NCBI GenBank assembly: GCA_964547565.1
Contig: CAZJOG010000002.1
Coordinates: forward strand, 1-39,690
Direction: 5' to 3'
DNA: 39,690 bases
Origin: an uncultured Desulfovibrionaceae bacterium
GTDB lineage: Bacteria; Desulfobacterota; Desulfovibrionia; Desulfovibrionales; Desulfovibrionaceae
In this document: piece after piece, positions 1 to 8,847 of the stretch
How positions within the stretch are numbered: position 1 is the stretch's first letter
Layout: every line of letters begins with the position of its first letter
Notes under the pieces: generated by a model
Told to the model about the DNA's origin: nothing
Seen by the model: only the letters and a program-made list of their open reading frames with translations
Databases searched by the model: none
Made by a program: the position numbers and the translations under genes

Positions 1-622
1 CGCCATATAGCAACACAGTGGTGTTTGCATCCGCCACCACTCTTATTTGCCCCAGCACGCCCTTAAGACCTTTGCAACTCTCCATTTGGTCCAAAGGATG
101 CAGGGTTGTGCCCTCCGGCCAGGGAGCGAGAGCAGAAAAAGACTGACGGATAGCTTCCGCCATAGGAAGAAAAAGTTCCTGCAAAATCACGCTGTCAAAA
201 AATGTAATGCATCCCGCTGTATCTGCCGCCAAACCTATACAAAGTCTGTACGACCCAATAAAACCATAGGGTATGGTCAGCAGTGTCCTGTGGAGAGGAT
301 CAATATTTTGCAGCGAATTTTTTGCCTCTGCAAAGCTCTCCAAATCCTCCAAAAGAATGGGGAGCTGGTTTTCTTCTTCTGAAGCGCTTGTGTCCCAGCT
401 AAGGCTGAGCGAGTTCAGGTTATAAGGCATATGTCCTTCTGCGCAGTAATCCGCCAGTGGAACAACTGTGTAATTTTTTTCATACCGCAGATTAACAAAA
501 AGGCGCGTAATGGGTATATACTCCCGTATATGCGCAAACAAAAACTCCAGGGATTTTTCAAATCCTTCCTGGCGGAATAATTGCGCGGCTGGCTGCGCGT
601 ATCGAAGAAACGCTCTCTCCAC
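1..622 (-). CDS. sigma-54-dependent transcriptional activator (enhancer-binding protein), N-terminal sensory part; continues beyond left edge
   Basis: Not in the ORF track because it is open at the window edge. Minus-strand translation from GTG at 622 (TAA immediately upstream) has no stops: VERAFLRYAQPAAQLFRQEGFEKSLEFLFAHIREYIP...SCKGLKGVLGQIRVVADANTTVLLYG. The last residues are the lead-in to the AAA+ Walker A. They parallel ...KVRKVAQEETTVLIQGETGVGKE of the complete paralog at 5379..6935. Confidence 0.6.
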   Translation of the reverse strand, partial: MERAFLRYAQPAAQLFRQEGFEKSLEFLFAHIREYIPITRLFVNLRYEKNYTVVPLADYCAEGHMPYNLNSLSLSWDTSASEEENQLPILLEDLESFAEAKNSLQNIDPLHRTLLTIPYGFIGSYRLCIGLAADTAGCITFFDSVILQELFLPMAEAIRQSFSALAPWPEGTTLHPLDQMESCKGLKGVLGQIRVVADANTTVLLYG

Positions 623-810
623 TGTAGCCCTTTATGCGATAAAAAAAACAAGTGTCACGAAATATCGTTTCATTTATTCTTTACATAGAAGTATTCTTTT
701 GTAAACAAGTATATTATTAAAAAAACTCTCTCACGATATACAGTTGTATTAATCCGCGTGGCAGGTAAATATTCGCTATAATCAGCTTATTTTTATACTG
801 TTTTTATGGA

Positions 811-826
811 TGGCATATTGCTTGCT
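811..826 (+). promoter_or_regulatory. sigma-54 (-24/-12) promoter
   Basis: TGGCATATTGCTTGCT: GG and GC elements at exactly the consensus spacing (TGGCAC-N5-TTGCW). It lies 30 nt upstream of the sulfatase-like ATG and is divergent from an EBP gene. Confidence 0.7.
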
Positions 827-855
827 CTTCTTTGCACATAAACAAAGGAGGCAAT

Positions 856-2445
856 ATGCCAAAGAATGCTCTTGTTATTATGTTTGACAGTCTGTCCTAC
901 CGGTATGTCGGCGCTTACGGAAACACATGGATCAAAACGCCCAATATGGATCGCCTGGCACGAGAAGGTGTTCTGTTTGAAGAAATGTATATTGAAGGTT
1001 TGCCCACCATACCGTGCAGACGTGCCATGCTTACAGGCCGCTACACACTTGCAGGTAAAGGCTGGTCGCCTTTGGAAATGGATGATACCAGCATCGCAGA
1101 TTTATGCTGGGGACGCCCCATTGACACAGCCATGATTTACGACTGCCCCATGTACCAGTTGCCTAAATTTGGATACACCCGAGGGTATGATAAAGCATGG
1201 TTTATCCATGGCCAGCTTCCGGACCAGTTTTATGCCCATGACCCTCTCTATCACCGTGATCCGCACGAGTTTATGGAAGATCACATACCAGCCAAAGCCA
1301 AAGCTGTACACGGCACCGAAGGTGTGGCGGATTTTGCCCTGCAGGAAGCCCGGGAAATGCTGGGCGAACGCCAATACTGGCGCACGGAATACGAACGCCC
1401 TGTCCATAAAACTGTACGTAAGGCTATAGAATATTTAGAACAGGTTGACCGCAATAAACAATTCTTTTTATGGGTAGATAGCTTTGACCCGCATGAGCCC
1501 TGGGATCCCCCATCTGTTTATACCAAAACACCATGCCCGTATGACCCGGAGTACAAAGGCAAAAATATTCCTACCCCCATTATGGGGCCGGCGGCTGTGT
1601 ATACAGAGCCGGAGTTAAACCACATCCGTATGCTTTATGCGGAACTTATCACCGTGTGTGACAATGCGCTGGGTATCCTTATGGACGCTGTACGCAGGCT
1701 GGGCTTTGAACAAGACACCCTGTTTATGATGGTGTCCGACCATGGCGAACCTATGGGCAATGCAGAACATGGACACGGTATACTGGCCACGTGCCGCCCC
1801 TGGCCATACGATGAACTTTCACACGCCCCCATGCTGCTGCGTGCGCCAGGTATAAAGGCCGGGCAACGTATTAAGGCTTTTGTGCAATCGTGTGACATTG
1901 CCCCCACCATTTGTGACTGGCTGGGTATTGGCGTTCACCCGGATATGACGGGGCAATCCCTTCTTCCTTTATGCCGCGGCGAAGTCAGCAAAGTGCGTGA
2001 TTTTGCCATTTCCGGTTACTACAAAGCTTCCTGGGCTATTTATACCCAAGACTGGTGCTTCATACACTGGCTTTCCCAGGATAAAGTTTTTGTAGAAAAC
2101 GAAGACGCCAATAACATTGACCATCTCAAAAAGATGGACAAACTGGAAGTAACAGGCACAGCCGCCATGATGACGGGGCTTATCAGTGTGAACCCCTTAA
2201 ATGCCGCAGATACTGCACAAGATGACCTAAGCCCAAGCTACCAGGAACGCATTGGCTTAAAAGAAGGAGAAGAACAATGGACATGCGGGGGCAATGCCAA
2301 AATGGAAGTGCCCGAAGCCGATGAGCTGTATAACCGGAAAACAGATCCTTACCAGCTTAACAATGTTGCCAACCAGCATCCTGATATATGCAAGGAACTT
2401 TACGCCACCCTGCGTACATTCATGGCGGATTTAAAGGAAAAATAG
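856..2445 (+). CDS. sulfatase-like hydrolase/transferase (alkaline-phosphatase superfamily), Thr at nucleophile position
   Basis: ATG 856 is preceded by AAAGGAGG (844-851); the TTG at 832 in the track is rejected. Motifs: IMFDSLSYRY, PTIPCRRAMLTGRY (T-x-P-x-R-x4-TGR), DSFDPHEPWDPP, MVSDHGEPMGNAEHGHG. Confidence 0.8.
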   Translation: MPKNALVIMFDSLSYRYVGAYGNTWIKTPNMDRLAREGVLFEEMYIEGLPTIPCRRAMLTGRYTLAGKGWSPLEMDDTSIADLCWGRPIDTAMIYDCPMYQLPKFGYTRGYDKAWFIHGQLPDQFYAHDPLYHRDPHEFMEDHIPAKAKAVHGTEGVADFALQEAREMLGERQYWRTEYERPVHKTVRKAIEYLEQVDRNKQFFLWVDSFDPHEPWDPPSVYTKTPCPYDPEYKGKNIPTPIMGPAAVYTEPELNHIRMLYAELITVCDNALGILMDAVRRLGFEQDTLFMMVSDHGEPMGNAEHGHGILATCRPWPYDELSHAPMLLRAPGIKAGQRIKAFVQSCDIAPTICDWLGIGVHPDMTGQSLLPLCRGEVSKVRDFAISGYYKASWAIYTQDWCFIHWLSQDKVFVENEDANNIDHLKKMDKLEVTGTAAMMTGLISVNPLNAADTAQDDLSPSYQERIGLKEGEEQWTCGGNAKMEVPEADELYNRKTDPYQLNNVANQHPDICKELYATLRTFMADLKEK

Positions 2446-2629
2446 AGGCAGACAGGCGGTAAAAAAACATACATTTTTCACTCTTGCTGTGTCGTTTTAT
2501 CACAGGTTCTGGCATACTGCACCGCATATTTTTTATCCATATGCAGGGATTGCAGGTCATACAGCAACAAGCCTCAATTGGCAGACGGCACGGCAAGACT
2601 TTTTGTTACTTTTTTACAAGGAGAGCTGT

Positions 2630-3934
2630 ATGTCCACATCCATGGAAAACAAAACGCATGACGAATGGCCTGTTGGAAAAAGCAGTGCGTTTTACGTTTT
2701 TTTTATTGTCTTTGCTCTTGGGCTTTTTGATATGGTAGACAGACAAATACTGGCCTCACTTTTCCCTTATATCAAGGCAGAGTGGAATTTGACGGATACC
2801 CAGCTGGGTGGGCTTGTGTCTGTTGTAAATATCTCTATCGCTGCGCTTGTTGTCCCCACGGCGTACCTGGTGGATAAGTGGAGCAGGAAAAAGATGATTA
2901 CCATTATGGGCACTATTTGGAGCCTTGCAACAGGTGCATGCGCACTTGCGGGCTCCTATGCGCATCTTTTTCTGGCACGTTGTTTTATCGGTGCGGGCGA
3001 AGCCGGTTATGCCCCTGCTTCCCAAAGTCTGCTTGCTGCCAGTTTTCCTAAAAAATACCGTACTACGGCACTTAGTCTTGCCTCATTAGGCATGGCCATG
3101 GGGGCCCCCTTGGGTCTGGTGGCCGGCGCGTATATTGCCACACACTGGGGATGGCGGCATGCGTTTGGTGTTGTGGCAATACCAGGTTTTTTTATTGCCT
3201 TGTTTGCTCTTTTTATCAAAGACTATAAAACTGTAGAAATAGCGGAAACCAAACATCACGAAAACAAAAAAAATTCCCTGAAGGAAATGCTGGCAACTAT
3301 TAAAAGTTTGGTTAAAACGCCCACACTTGTTTGTGTGTATGTAGGCATGACCATGAACTTTTTCTTTGGCGGGGTTATGATGAACTGGCTGCCCAGCTAC
3401 CTGAACAGAGTGGCGGAATTACCCATGACACAGGCCAGCGGCATTAGCGCCATGGTGATGGTTATTTCCCTGGGCGCTGTACTTGTTATTGGGCCTCTTA
3501 TGGATTTTTTGCGTAAAAAGTTTGCCCGTGCCACTATCACCTGGCTTGCAGGCGGATTATGCAGTTTTGGCCTGCTTACCTTTGTGGCTTTTCTTTTACT
3601 CACTCCCGGCAGTAACACCCAAATTGCCTTGTTGATGCTTGCGCAGTTTTTGGGCGGAACATTTGCGCCTATAGTTTCCACCATTATTGTAGAACTTGCC
3701 CACCCCAGTGCCCGCGCGACTGGCCTAAGCTTATGTGTATTTTTGCAAAATATTCTGGGCTTTGCACTGGGGCCCTTTATAGCGGGTATTGTGTCCGACT
3801 ATGTGGGGCTTTCTGCTGCCATCACTATTCTGGCAGTGGTGCCTGTGATTGGTGGACTGATTTTTGCTATAGGCATTACCACCTATCACCGTGACCATGC
3901 CAAAGTTTCAGAAATAGAAATTAATTTTGCCTGA
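2630..3934 (+). CDS. MFS transporter
   Basis: ATG 2630 has AAGGAGA just upstream; the 5' extension of the track ORF (from 2489) is non-membrane and lacks an RBS. There are multiple hydrophobic helices. The N-terminus WPVGKSSAFYVFFIVFALGLFDMVDRQILASLFPYIKAEWNLTD is clearly paralogous to the MFS at 7392. Confidence 0.8.
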   Translation: MSTSMENKTHDEWPVGKSSAFYVFFIVFALGLFDMVDRQILASLFPYIKAEWNLTDTQLGGLVSVVNISIAALVVPTAYLVDKWSRKKMITIMGTIWSLATGACALAGSYAHLFLARCFIGAGEAGYAPASQSLLAASFPKKYRTTALSLASLGMAMGAPLGLVAGAYIATHWGWRHAFGVVAIPGFFIALFALFIKDYKTVEIAETKHHENKKNSLKEMLATIKSLVKTPTLVCVYVGMTMNFFFGGVMMNWLPSYLNRVAELPMTQASGISAMVMVISLGAVLVIGPLMDFLRKKFARATITWLAGGLCSFGLLTFVAFLLLTPGSNTQIALLMLAQFLGGTFAPIVSTIIVELAHPSARATGLSLCVFLQNILGFALGPFIAGIVSDYVGLSAAITILAVVPVIGGLIFAIGITTYHRDHAKVSEIEINFA

Positions 3935-4006
3935 TCCGGCACACACACTGGCCTCAGATAACAAAACTTTACAGACTGTTTACCTGGGGCCACTACCCGC
4001 GTATTT

Positions 4007-4180
4007 GTGTATTATTTGTCGCGTGCATGTTTAAACCTCAAAGGGCGCGATCCGGAAGGGATTGTGGAACCGGAAGAGTATAAAAAAGCCCAGCGGCAGG
4101 TTTGTGAAACCCTTTTGTTGTGTACCAGATTATGGAAAACCCGGACTGGCGTCCGTAACACGTTTACCATAAAGGCCATT
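4007..4180 (+). pseudogene. stub of an alkaline-phosphatase-family (nucleotide pyrophosphatase-like) gene
   Basis: The translation contains LNLKGRDPEGIVEPEEYKKAQRQVCETLL. This matches the recalled conserved INLKGREPxGIVxPxEY segment of that family. Only about 55 codons are present, with no N- or C-terminal remainder. Confidence 0.3.
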
Positions 4181-4200
4181 AAGCAAAAACAGCTAACAAG

Positions 4201-4232
4201 CCGGGGCACGCGTGGAGCGACACGTGCCCCGG
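4201..4232. repeat. GC-rich inverted repeat / hairpin
   Basis: CCGGGGCACG-N12-CGTGCCCCGG, 10-bp perfect arms. No canonical T-run follows on either strand. Confidence 0.5.
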
Positions 4233-4299
4233 CGTATGCAAAAAAAATTAGGTGTGTGATTCATAGACATCATTTTAATTTCTCGTTACTTTTCCCTTC

Positions 4300-4467
4300 A
4301 TGGAAAAAGAAGTCCAGCAACGTCTTCAATAGGTGAAGCTTTATGAGAAATCTGGAGATGCTGGTCTTGTTTGTCGGCGTTGTGGAATTTCTTGTCCAAC
4401 TCTGCGTAAATGGTGGAAACGGTATCAGGCCCAAGGCATTGAGGGCTTGAAGAGCCAAAGCCGTCGC
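4300..4467 (+). pseudogene. IS481/IS3-type transposase N-terminal HTH stub with in-frame TAG
   Basis: MEKEVQQRLQ-TAG(4330-4332)-VKLYEKSGDAGLVCRRCGISCPTLRKWWKRYQAQGIEGLKSQSRR. This is the typical transposase HTH_32-like leader (GIS..TL.KW.KRY...G..GL...SRR). No DDE catalytic part follows. Confidence 0.55.
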
Positions 4468-4539
4468 CTTGCTTTCTCTTTGGAGTATTCGCGCCTTAGT
4501 CAAATAAGGCGAAGTGAAATCAACTCAATAGATAGACAT

Positions 4540-5127
4540 TTATATATCTGTTTCTATAAAATGAACCACTGCATTATCCCAATACTTTTTATAAACTCTG
4601 CCGTCACTTCCATTAAGATTTAATTGGTACATCCTAAATGTAACCAAAAAATCTTTAGGTTGCCATTGTTCCTCATACGAATATTGGTATTTCATTCCCA
4701 ACTGCTTCATTACTGTTCCACTTCTCGGATTATTGATGTCATGTGTGGCTGTAATATATGGAACACCATCTTTTTTCAATTGTTCAATAACGGCTCTGCT
4801 TGCTTCTGTAACAATGCCCTTGTGCCAAAACTCCTTACAAAGTCCATAACCAAAATCATATCCCTCGCTCATGCTAACATTGACATAGCCAATGGGAAGG
4901 TTATTTTCTTTTAAACATATTGCGTAGTTATAGCCCCTCTTTTGGTTGTACTTGCATTCAAAGTGTTCCTTGTAAAAAAGTTTTGTTTCTTCCATGGTTC
5001 TTAACGGAAACCATGGTAAAAATCGGTTGACTTCACTATCACTAAAAATATTGTATAAGGCTTCCAAATCTTTTTTTGTAAACTTCCTTAAAATTATTCT
5101 GTCTGTTTTAAGTGTTGGTGTATTCAT
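4540..5127 (-). CDS. GNAT family N-acetyltransferase (RimJ/RimL-like)
   Basis: 195 aa. DRIILRKFTKKDLEALYNIFSDSEVNRFLPW... and GYGLCKEFWHKGIVTEASRAVIEQL...NPRSGTVMKQLGM match the Acetyltransf_3 pattern. The gene is visibly AT-rich relative to its neighbours. Confidence 0.8.
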   Translation of the reverse strand: MNTPTLKTDRIILRKFTKKDLEALYNIFSDSEVNRFLPWFPLRTMEETKLFYKEHFECKYNQKRGYNYAICLKENNLPIGYVNVSMSEGYDFGYGLCKEFWHKGIVTEASRAVIEQLKKDGVPYITATHDINNPRSGTVMKQLGMKYQYSYEEQWQPKDFLVTFRMYQLNLNGSDGRVYKKYWDNAVVHFIETDI

Positions 5128-5217
5128 ATTTGTATTCCCTCAAACTCGGATTTTTTAATACGCCTTTTCCGCCAAAGGCGAATTGAATAATCACATTATA
5201 TTGTCCGTATTTTTTAC

Positions 5218-5255
5218 AAAAAAGCGACATTTGGAACCCCAAATGTCGCTTTTTT
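5218..5255. terminator. bidirectional rho-independent terminator
   Basis: A6-GCGACATTTGG-AACC-CCAAATGTCGC-T6: an 11-bp perfect stem flanked by an A-run and a T-run. It lies downstream of the minus-strand EBP gene. Confidence 0.75.
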
Positions 5256-5378
5256 ATCTCTCAAAACAGCTTTTGCTAGCAAAATGATACAATTGCACAA
5301 AGGGAAATTTCCCAAAAACGGGTAATGTTTTGCAAAATATAAAGAAATTGTGCCGCCTCAGACAGGCACAACTTGCAT

Positions 5379-6935
5379 TTACGCGAAATTTTTTTCTTCT
5401 TTATGCGTATGCCGCCCAGCTATGCCATGGCTGGATATGCCAAGTTGCTTCATCCTGCTCCGCAGGGTGCTTGGGTGCATACCCAGAATATGCGCGGCCC
5501 CGTGCTCACCATTAATGGTGTGGTTTGTCTGGCGCAGAATGAGTTCAATATATTCTTTCTCCAGGTTGACTAAAGTCAGCGGTGGGTCCCGCAAAAGAGG
5601 CGGCGGGCATTCCTCCAGCATATCCTGCGCCTGGGGCAGAAAAAAACATAACGGTTCAACAGTATTGCCATTTTTGGCAAGCAGCAAAGCCTGCTCTATG
5701 CTGTGCTCCAATTCCCGCACATTACCAAACCAGTCATGGAAATAAAGACTTTCCAGCTCTGCCCGTGCAATATTGGGCAAAAGATCTACTTTGAGTTTCT
5801 GGCAAAGTTTGCGCAAAAAATATTGTGTCAGAATAGGGATATCGCGCCGGCGTTCCCGCAGGGATGGGATGATAACAGGAAATGAATTCAGGCGATAAAG
5901 CAAATCCGCCCGGAAAGTACCGTCCCTGACCATTTGGTTGAGGTCGCGGTTGGTAGCGGCAAGCACCCGGATATTGACTGAAATACAACGCGGGGAACCC
6001 ACACGCTGGATCTCCCCTTTTTCCAACACGCGGAGCAGGCGCACCTGCCCCATAGGAGACAATTCCCCCACTTCGTCCAGAAAAAGTGTACCCCCGTCTG
6101 CTTGTTCAAAATAGCCTTTTTGGGCCATAACCGCGCCAGTAAAAGAGCCTTTTTCGTGCCCAAAAAACGCACTGTCTATAAGATTTTCTGGGATAGCGCC
6201 GCAGTTAAGCCGCAAGAATACTTTATCGTGCCGCAAAGACAGGCAGTGCAAAGCTTCTGCAACCATTTCCTTGCCCACACCAGTTTCCCCCTGGATAAGG
6301 ACCGTGGTTTCCTCTTGCGCAACTTTACGCACTTTGTTCATAGTTGCGCTTAAGCCAGGGCACATATCAAGTAGCTCTATAACAGAATCCATTTTTCTGG
6401 ATTGTTCCAAAGAAACTTGTGGGTGCACACTGAACATTCTGGCGATAAGAAGACGCAAAGCCATAGTGATAGACAAAAAATCAGGCACCATTTCCGGATT
6501 AAAAAAGTCTACCTGCTGTGACATAAATGACAAAGTAATATTTAAGACACCTGATAACATATCCCCCACAGGCAGAATAAGAATACTTGAATATTCTGCT
6601 TCTGCCATATACATGGTGGTACCTGTTTTTCCTCCTGCAAGAGAAAGAAGAAAAACTGCATTAGCTGACCCAGGTACAAAAATTTTTTCTACAATAAATT
6701 GCTTTTTTGTGTAGTGGATAGTGTTTTTTGGATGTGTATTATCATGGTGGGCGCTTGCTATTTCAATAGTGCCACCATCAGGTGTAGCAAACGCGCAGAA
6801 AATACGATCCACAGGAAGCGCATTACGTATAAATGCTAAAAGATACGCAAGCGTGCTTTTAAGGCCGTACTGCCCTACCAGTTTTCCAAAGAGCACATTG
6901 TATTCCGCAAGAACTTTCTCTTCCCAAATTTGCAT
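5379..6935 (-). CDS. sigma-54-dependent transcriptional activator (EBP)
   Basis: 518 aa. GETGVGKE Walker A, GAIPENLIDSAFFGHEKGSFTGA (GAFTGA variant), C-terminal HTH AAHILGMHPSTLRSRMKQLGI. The N-terminal sensory domain is about 190 aa. Confidence 0.9.
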   Translation of the reverse strand: MQIWEEKVLAEYNVLFGKLVGQYGLKSTLAYLLAFIRNALPVDRIFCAFATPDGGTIEIASAHHDNTHPKNTIHYTKKQFIVEKIFVPGSANAVFLLSLAGGKTGTTMYMAEAEYSSILILPVGDMLSGVLNITLSFMSQQVDFFNPEMVPDFLSITMALRLLIARMFSVHPQVSLEQSRKMDSVIELLDMCPGLSATMNKVRKVAQEETTVLIQGETGVGKEMVAEALHCLSLRHDKVFLRLNCGAIPENLIDSAFFGHEKGSFTGAVMAQKGYFEQADGGTLFLDEVGELSPMGQVRLLRVLEKGEIQRVGSPRCISVNIRVLAATNRDLNQMVRDGTFRADLLYRLNSFPVIIPSLRERRRDIPILTQYFLRKLCQKLKVDLLPNIARAELESLYFHDWFGNVRELEHSIEQALLLAKNGNTVEPLCFFLPQAQDMLEECPPPLLRDPPLTLVNLEKEYIELILRQTNHTINGEHGAAHILGMHPSTLRSRMKQLGISSHGIAGRHTHKEEKNFA

Positions 6936-7195
6936 GCGCTTTTTTTTCCTCTATCATCTTTTTCCTTTAAAGCGCCTCGGTGCAGAAGCATTTACCCCGC
7001 AGTTTCGACTTGCCCCTGCACGCAGGTATAGGGGGGAATGGGGCTAATTGCAAGTGTACAATCGCAAATAAAAAGCAAAATGTACCAGCATGTTGGCGTA
7101 AATTTATCGTATAACAAATCACGAAATAACGCTAGTTATTTAATTATTATATTTCAAGGAATAAGGGAATTGATGGCCTATTCTTAAAAAAAAGA

Positions 7196-7218
7196 CTCTT
7201 TATTTCGAGAATAAAGAG
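7196..7218. promoter_or_regulatory. inverted repeat, candidate activator (UAS) site
   Basis: CTCTTTATT-TCGAG-AATAAAGAG, 9-bp perfect arms, 52-74 nt upstream of the -24 element at 7270. Confidence 0.3.
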
Positions 7219-7269
7219 CAAAGGAAATTTTTATACAAATAAAATCAGCATGTTCAAAATATCACATTG

Positions 7270-7285
7270 TGGTATGGAAATTGCT
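7270..7285 (+). promoter_or_regulatory. sigma-54 (-24/-12) promoter
   Basis: TGGTATGGAAATTGCT: GG/GC at consensus spacing. It lies about 105 nt upstream of the MFS ATG 7392 and is divergent from the EBP at 5379..6935. Confidence 0.6.
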
Positions 7286-7391
7286 CTAGTCAAATTGGCA
7301 TAACGCATTGACTTTTCGGTCTTAAAAAAGTGCCAATAATCAGAGTACGCAGAATTGTGTTTGACCCGTCAGAAACAAAAAGGAAGGTACC

Positions 7392-8750
7392 ATGGACCAA
7401 GAACAGGAAGAAAAAGTGGTATGGCCAGTTGGGAAAAAAACTGCCATGTTTACCGTGAGCATCGTATTTCTTTTGGCGCTGTTTGACATTATTGACCGCC
7501 AAATTTTAGCTTCTTTGCTCCCCTACATACGCGATGAGTGGAACCTGACAGACTTGGAAGTAGGTTCACTTGTTGGTATTATCAACATTTCCATCGCGCT
7601 TTTAGTTGTGCCATGCGGGTATCTGGTAGACAAATGGAGCCGTAAAAAAATGCTGGCTCTTATGGGTCTGGTTTGGGGTTTTGCAAGTCTGGCCTGCGCT
7701 TTTGCCGGCAACTTTGCACACCTGCTGATTGCACGTTTTGCTGTTGGTGCGGGTGAATCTGGTTATAACCCCGCAGCTAGCGCCCTGCTTACCGCACAAT
7801 TTCCCAAAAAGCACCGTTCTAAAGCACTGGCGATTGTGCAATTGGCCCTGACTATGGGCACACCTTTGGGCCTTTTTTTTGGTGGGTGGCTGGGCGCCAC
7901 AGTAGGCTGGCGTCACGCGTTCGGTATTGTGGCTATTCCCGGTATTTTGGTTGCTTTACTTGCTTTTCTTATCAAGGACTATAAGACCGTAGATATTTCC
8001 AAAGACACTGGCAAAAAAACTGCTACTGTCAAAGCACCCGTGGAAACAAAGCCTGTTGCCGCCGCACCTGCACCCGCTCCGCAGAAAAAAGTTACCTACA
8101 TCAGCACTATTGTCGCCTTGGCGGGAATGCCCACCTTCTGGCTTATTATTCTGGCTTCCATTGTATTCCAAATGGTTGGTGCCTCTGCCACAGCATGGCG
8201 TCCTATGTATTTTGTGCGTGTGGCCCAGTTCACCCCAGCTACAGCCGCCACCATTTCCGCCGGACTCATGCTTACCGTGCTTGTCTCCACAGCCATTGCA
8301 GGCCCGGCCATCGACTACATGCGCAAAAAGTTTCTGAGCGGCGCGGCAATCATCACATTCATCGTGCTTATTTGCCAGGCTGCTATGGCTATGACGGCCT
8401 ACAGTGGTATTGTGGCGCCAGGCAGCATTGGCCAGTGCGCGTTATTCCTGATTTCCGGCTGCTTTGGCGGGTTCGCAACTGTTGCCGGTATGACCATTAT
8501 CACTGACCTTGTTCACCCTGGGATACGCGCCTCTGCATTAAGCTTGCAAGTTTTTGCGCAAAACTTCTTTGGGATGGCCGTGGGGCCTGTGCTTATCGGG
8601 TGGATGTCCATGACATTTGGCTCGCTCCAGACCTCCCTCTTTATTGTCGGCTCCTTGAACCTGGTTGTGGCCTTCTTGTATATCCTTGTGGCCTTTATTA
8701 CCTATAAGCGTGATATTGTACGCAAAACAGATATGAAGATCGAATTCTAA
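7392..8750 (+). CDS. MFS transporter (paralog of 2630..3934)
   Basis: 452 aa. AAGGAAGG RBS, multiple TM helices. WPVGKKTAMFTVSIVFLLALFDIIDRQILASLLPYIRDEWNLTD parallels the first MFS. Confidence 0.85.
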   Translation: MDQEQEEKVVWPVGKKTAMFTVSIVFLLALFDIIDRQILASLLPYIRDEWNLTDLEVGSLVGIINISIALLVVPCGYLVDKWSRKKMLALMGLVWGFASLACAFAGNFAHLLIARFAVGAGESGYNPAASALLTAQFPKKHRSKALAIVQLALTMGTPLGLFFGGWLGATVGWRHAFGIVAIPGILVALLAFLIKDYKTVDISKDTGKKTATVKAPVETKPVAAAPAPAPQKKVTYISTIVALAGMPTFWLIILASIVFQMVGASATAWRPMYFVRVAQFTPATAATISAGLMLTVLVSTAIAGPAIDYMRKKFLSGAAIITFIVLICQAAMAMTAYSGIVAPGSIGQCALFLISGCFGGFATVAGMTIITDLVHPGIRASALSLQVFAQNFFGMAVGPVLIGWMSMTFGSLQTSLFIVGSLNLVVAFLYILVAFITYKRDIVRKTDMKIEF

Positions 8751-8775
8751 CCCCCCTCTCAATGTTTTTGGAGGG

Positions 8776-8847
8776 AAAACCCCCATCAGCCTACACAAAG
8801 GATAAACGCCTGAAAGGCCAAAACTTTGTCACCCTGATGGGGGTTTT
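8776..8847 (+). terminator. long-loop hairpin, possible terminator of MFS gene
   Basis: AAAACCCCCATCAG ...44 nt... CTGATGGGGGTTTT, 14-bp perfect arms, the second ending in a T-run. Confidence 0.4.

Noticed and set aside
47-382. 111-aa plus-strand ORF (TTG start) and the 415..651 minus ORF
   Set aside because: The minus-strand frame that runs off the window edge gives a continuous EBP N-terminal domain ending in the pre-Walker-A segment. These ORFs are alternative-frame artefacts of it.
2489-2629. 5' extensions of track ORFs (MFS from 2489, sulfatase-like from TTG 832, fibre from 28547, tail collar from 10362, and others)
   Set aside because: The internal ATGs have clear SD sequences and/or sit 1-4 nt from the preceding stop. 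The extensions overlap upstream genes or intergenic structure.
5271-5313. Two short perfect palindromes (TTTTGCTAGCAAAA, GGGAAATTTCCC) downstream of the EBP gene
   Set aside because: They are short, AT-rich or simple, lie in a 3' UTR before the real terminator, and have no partner sites. They may be chance.
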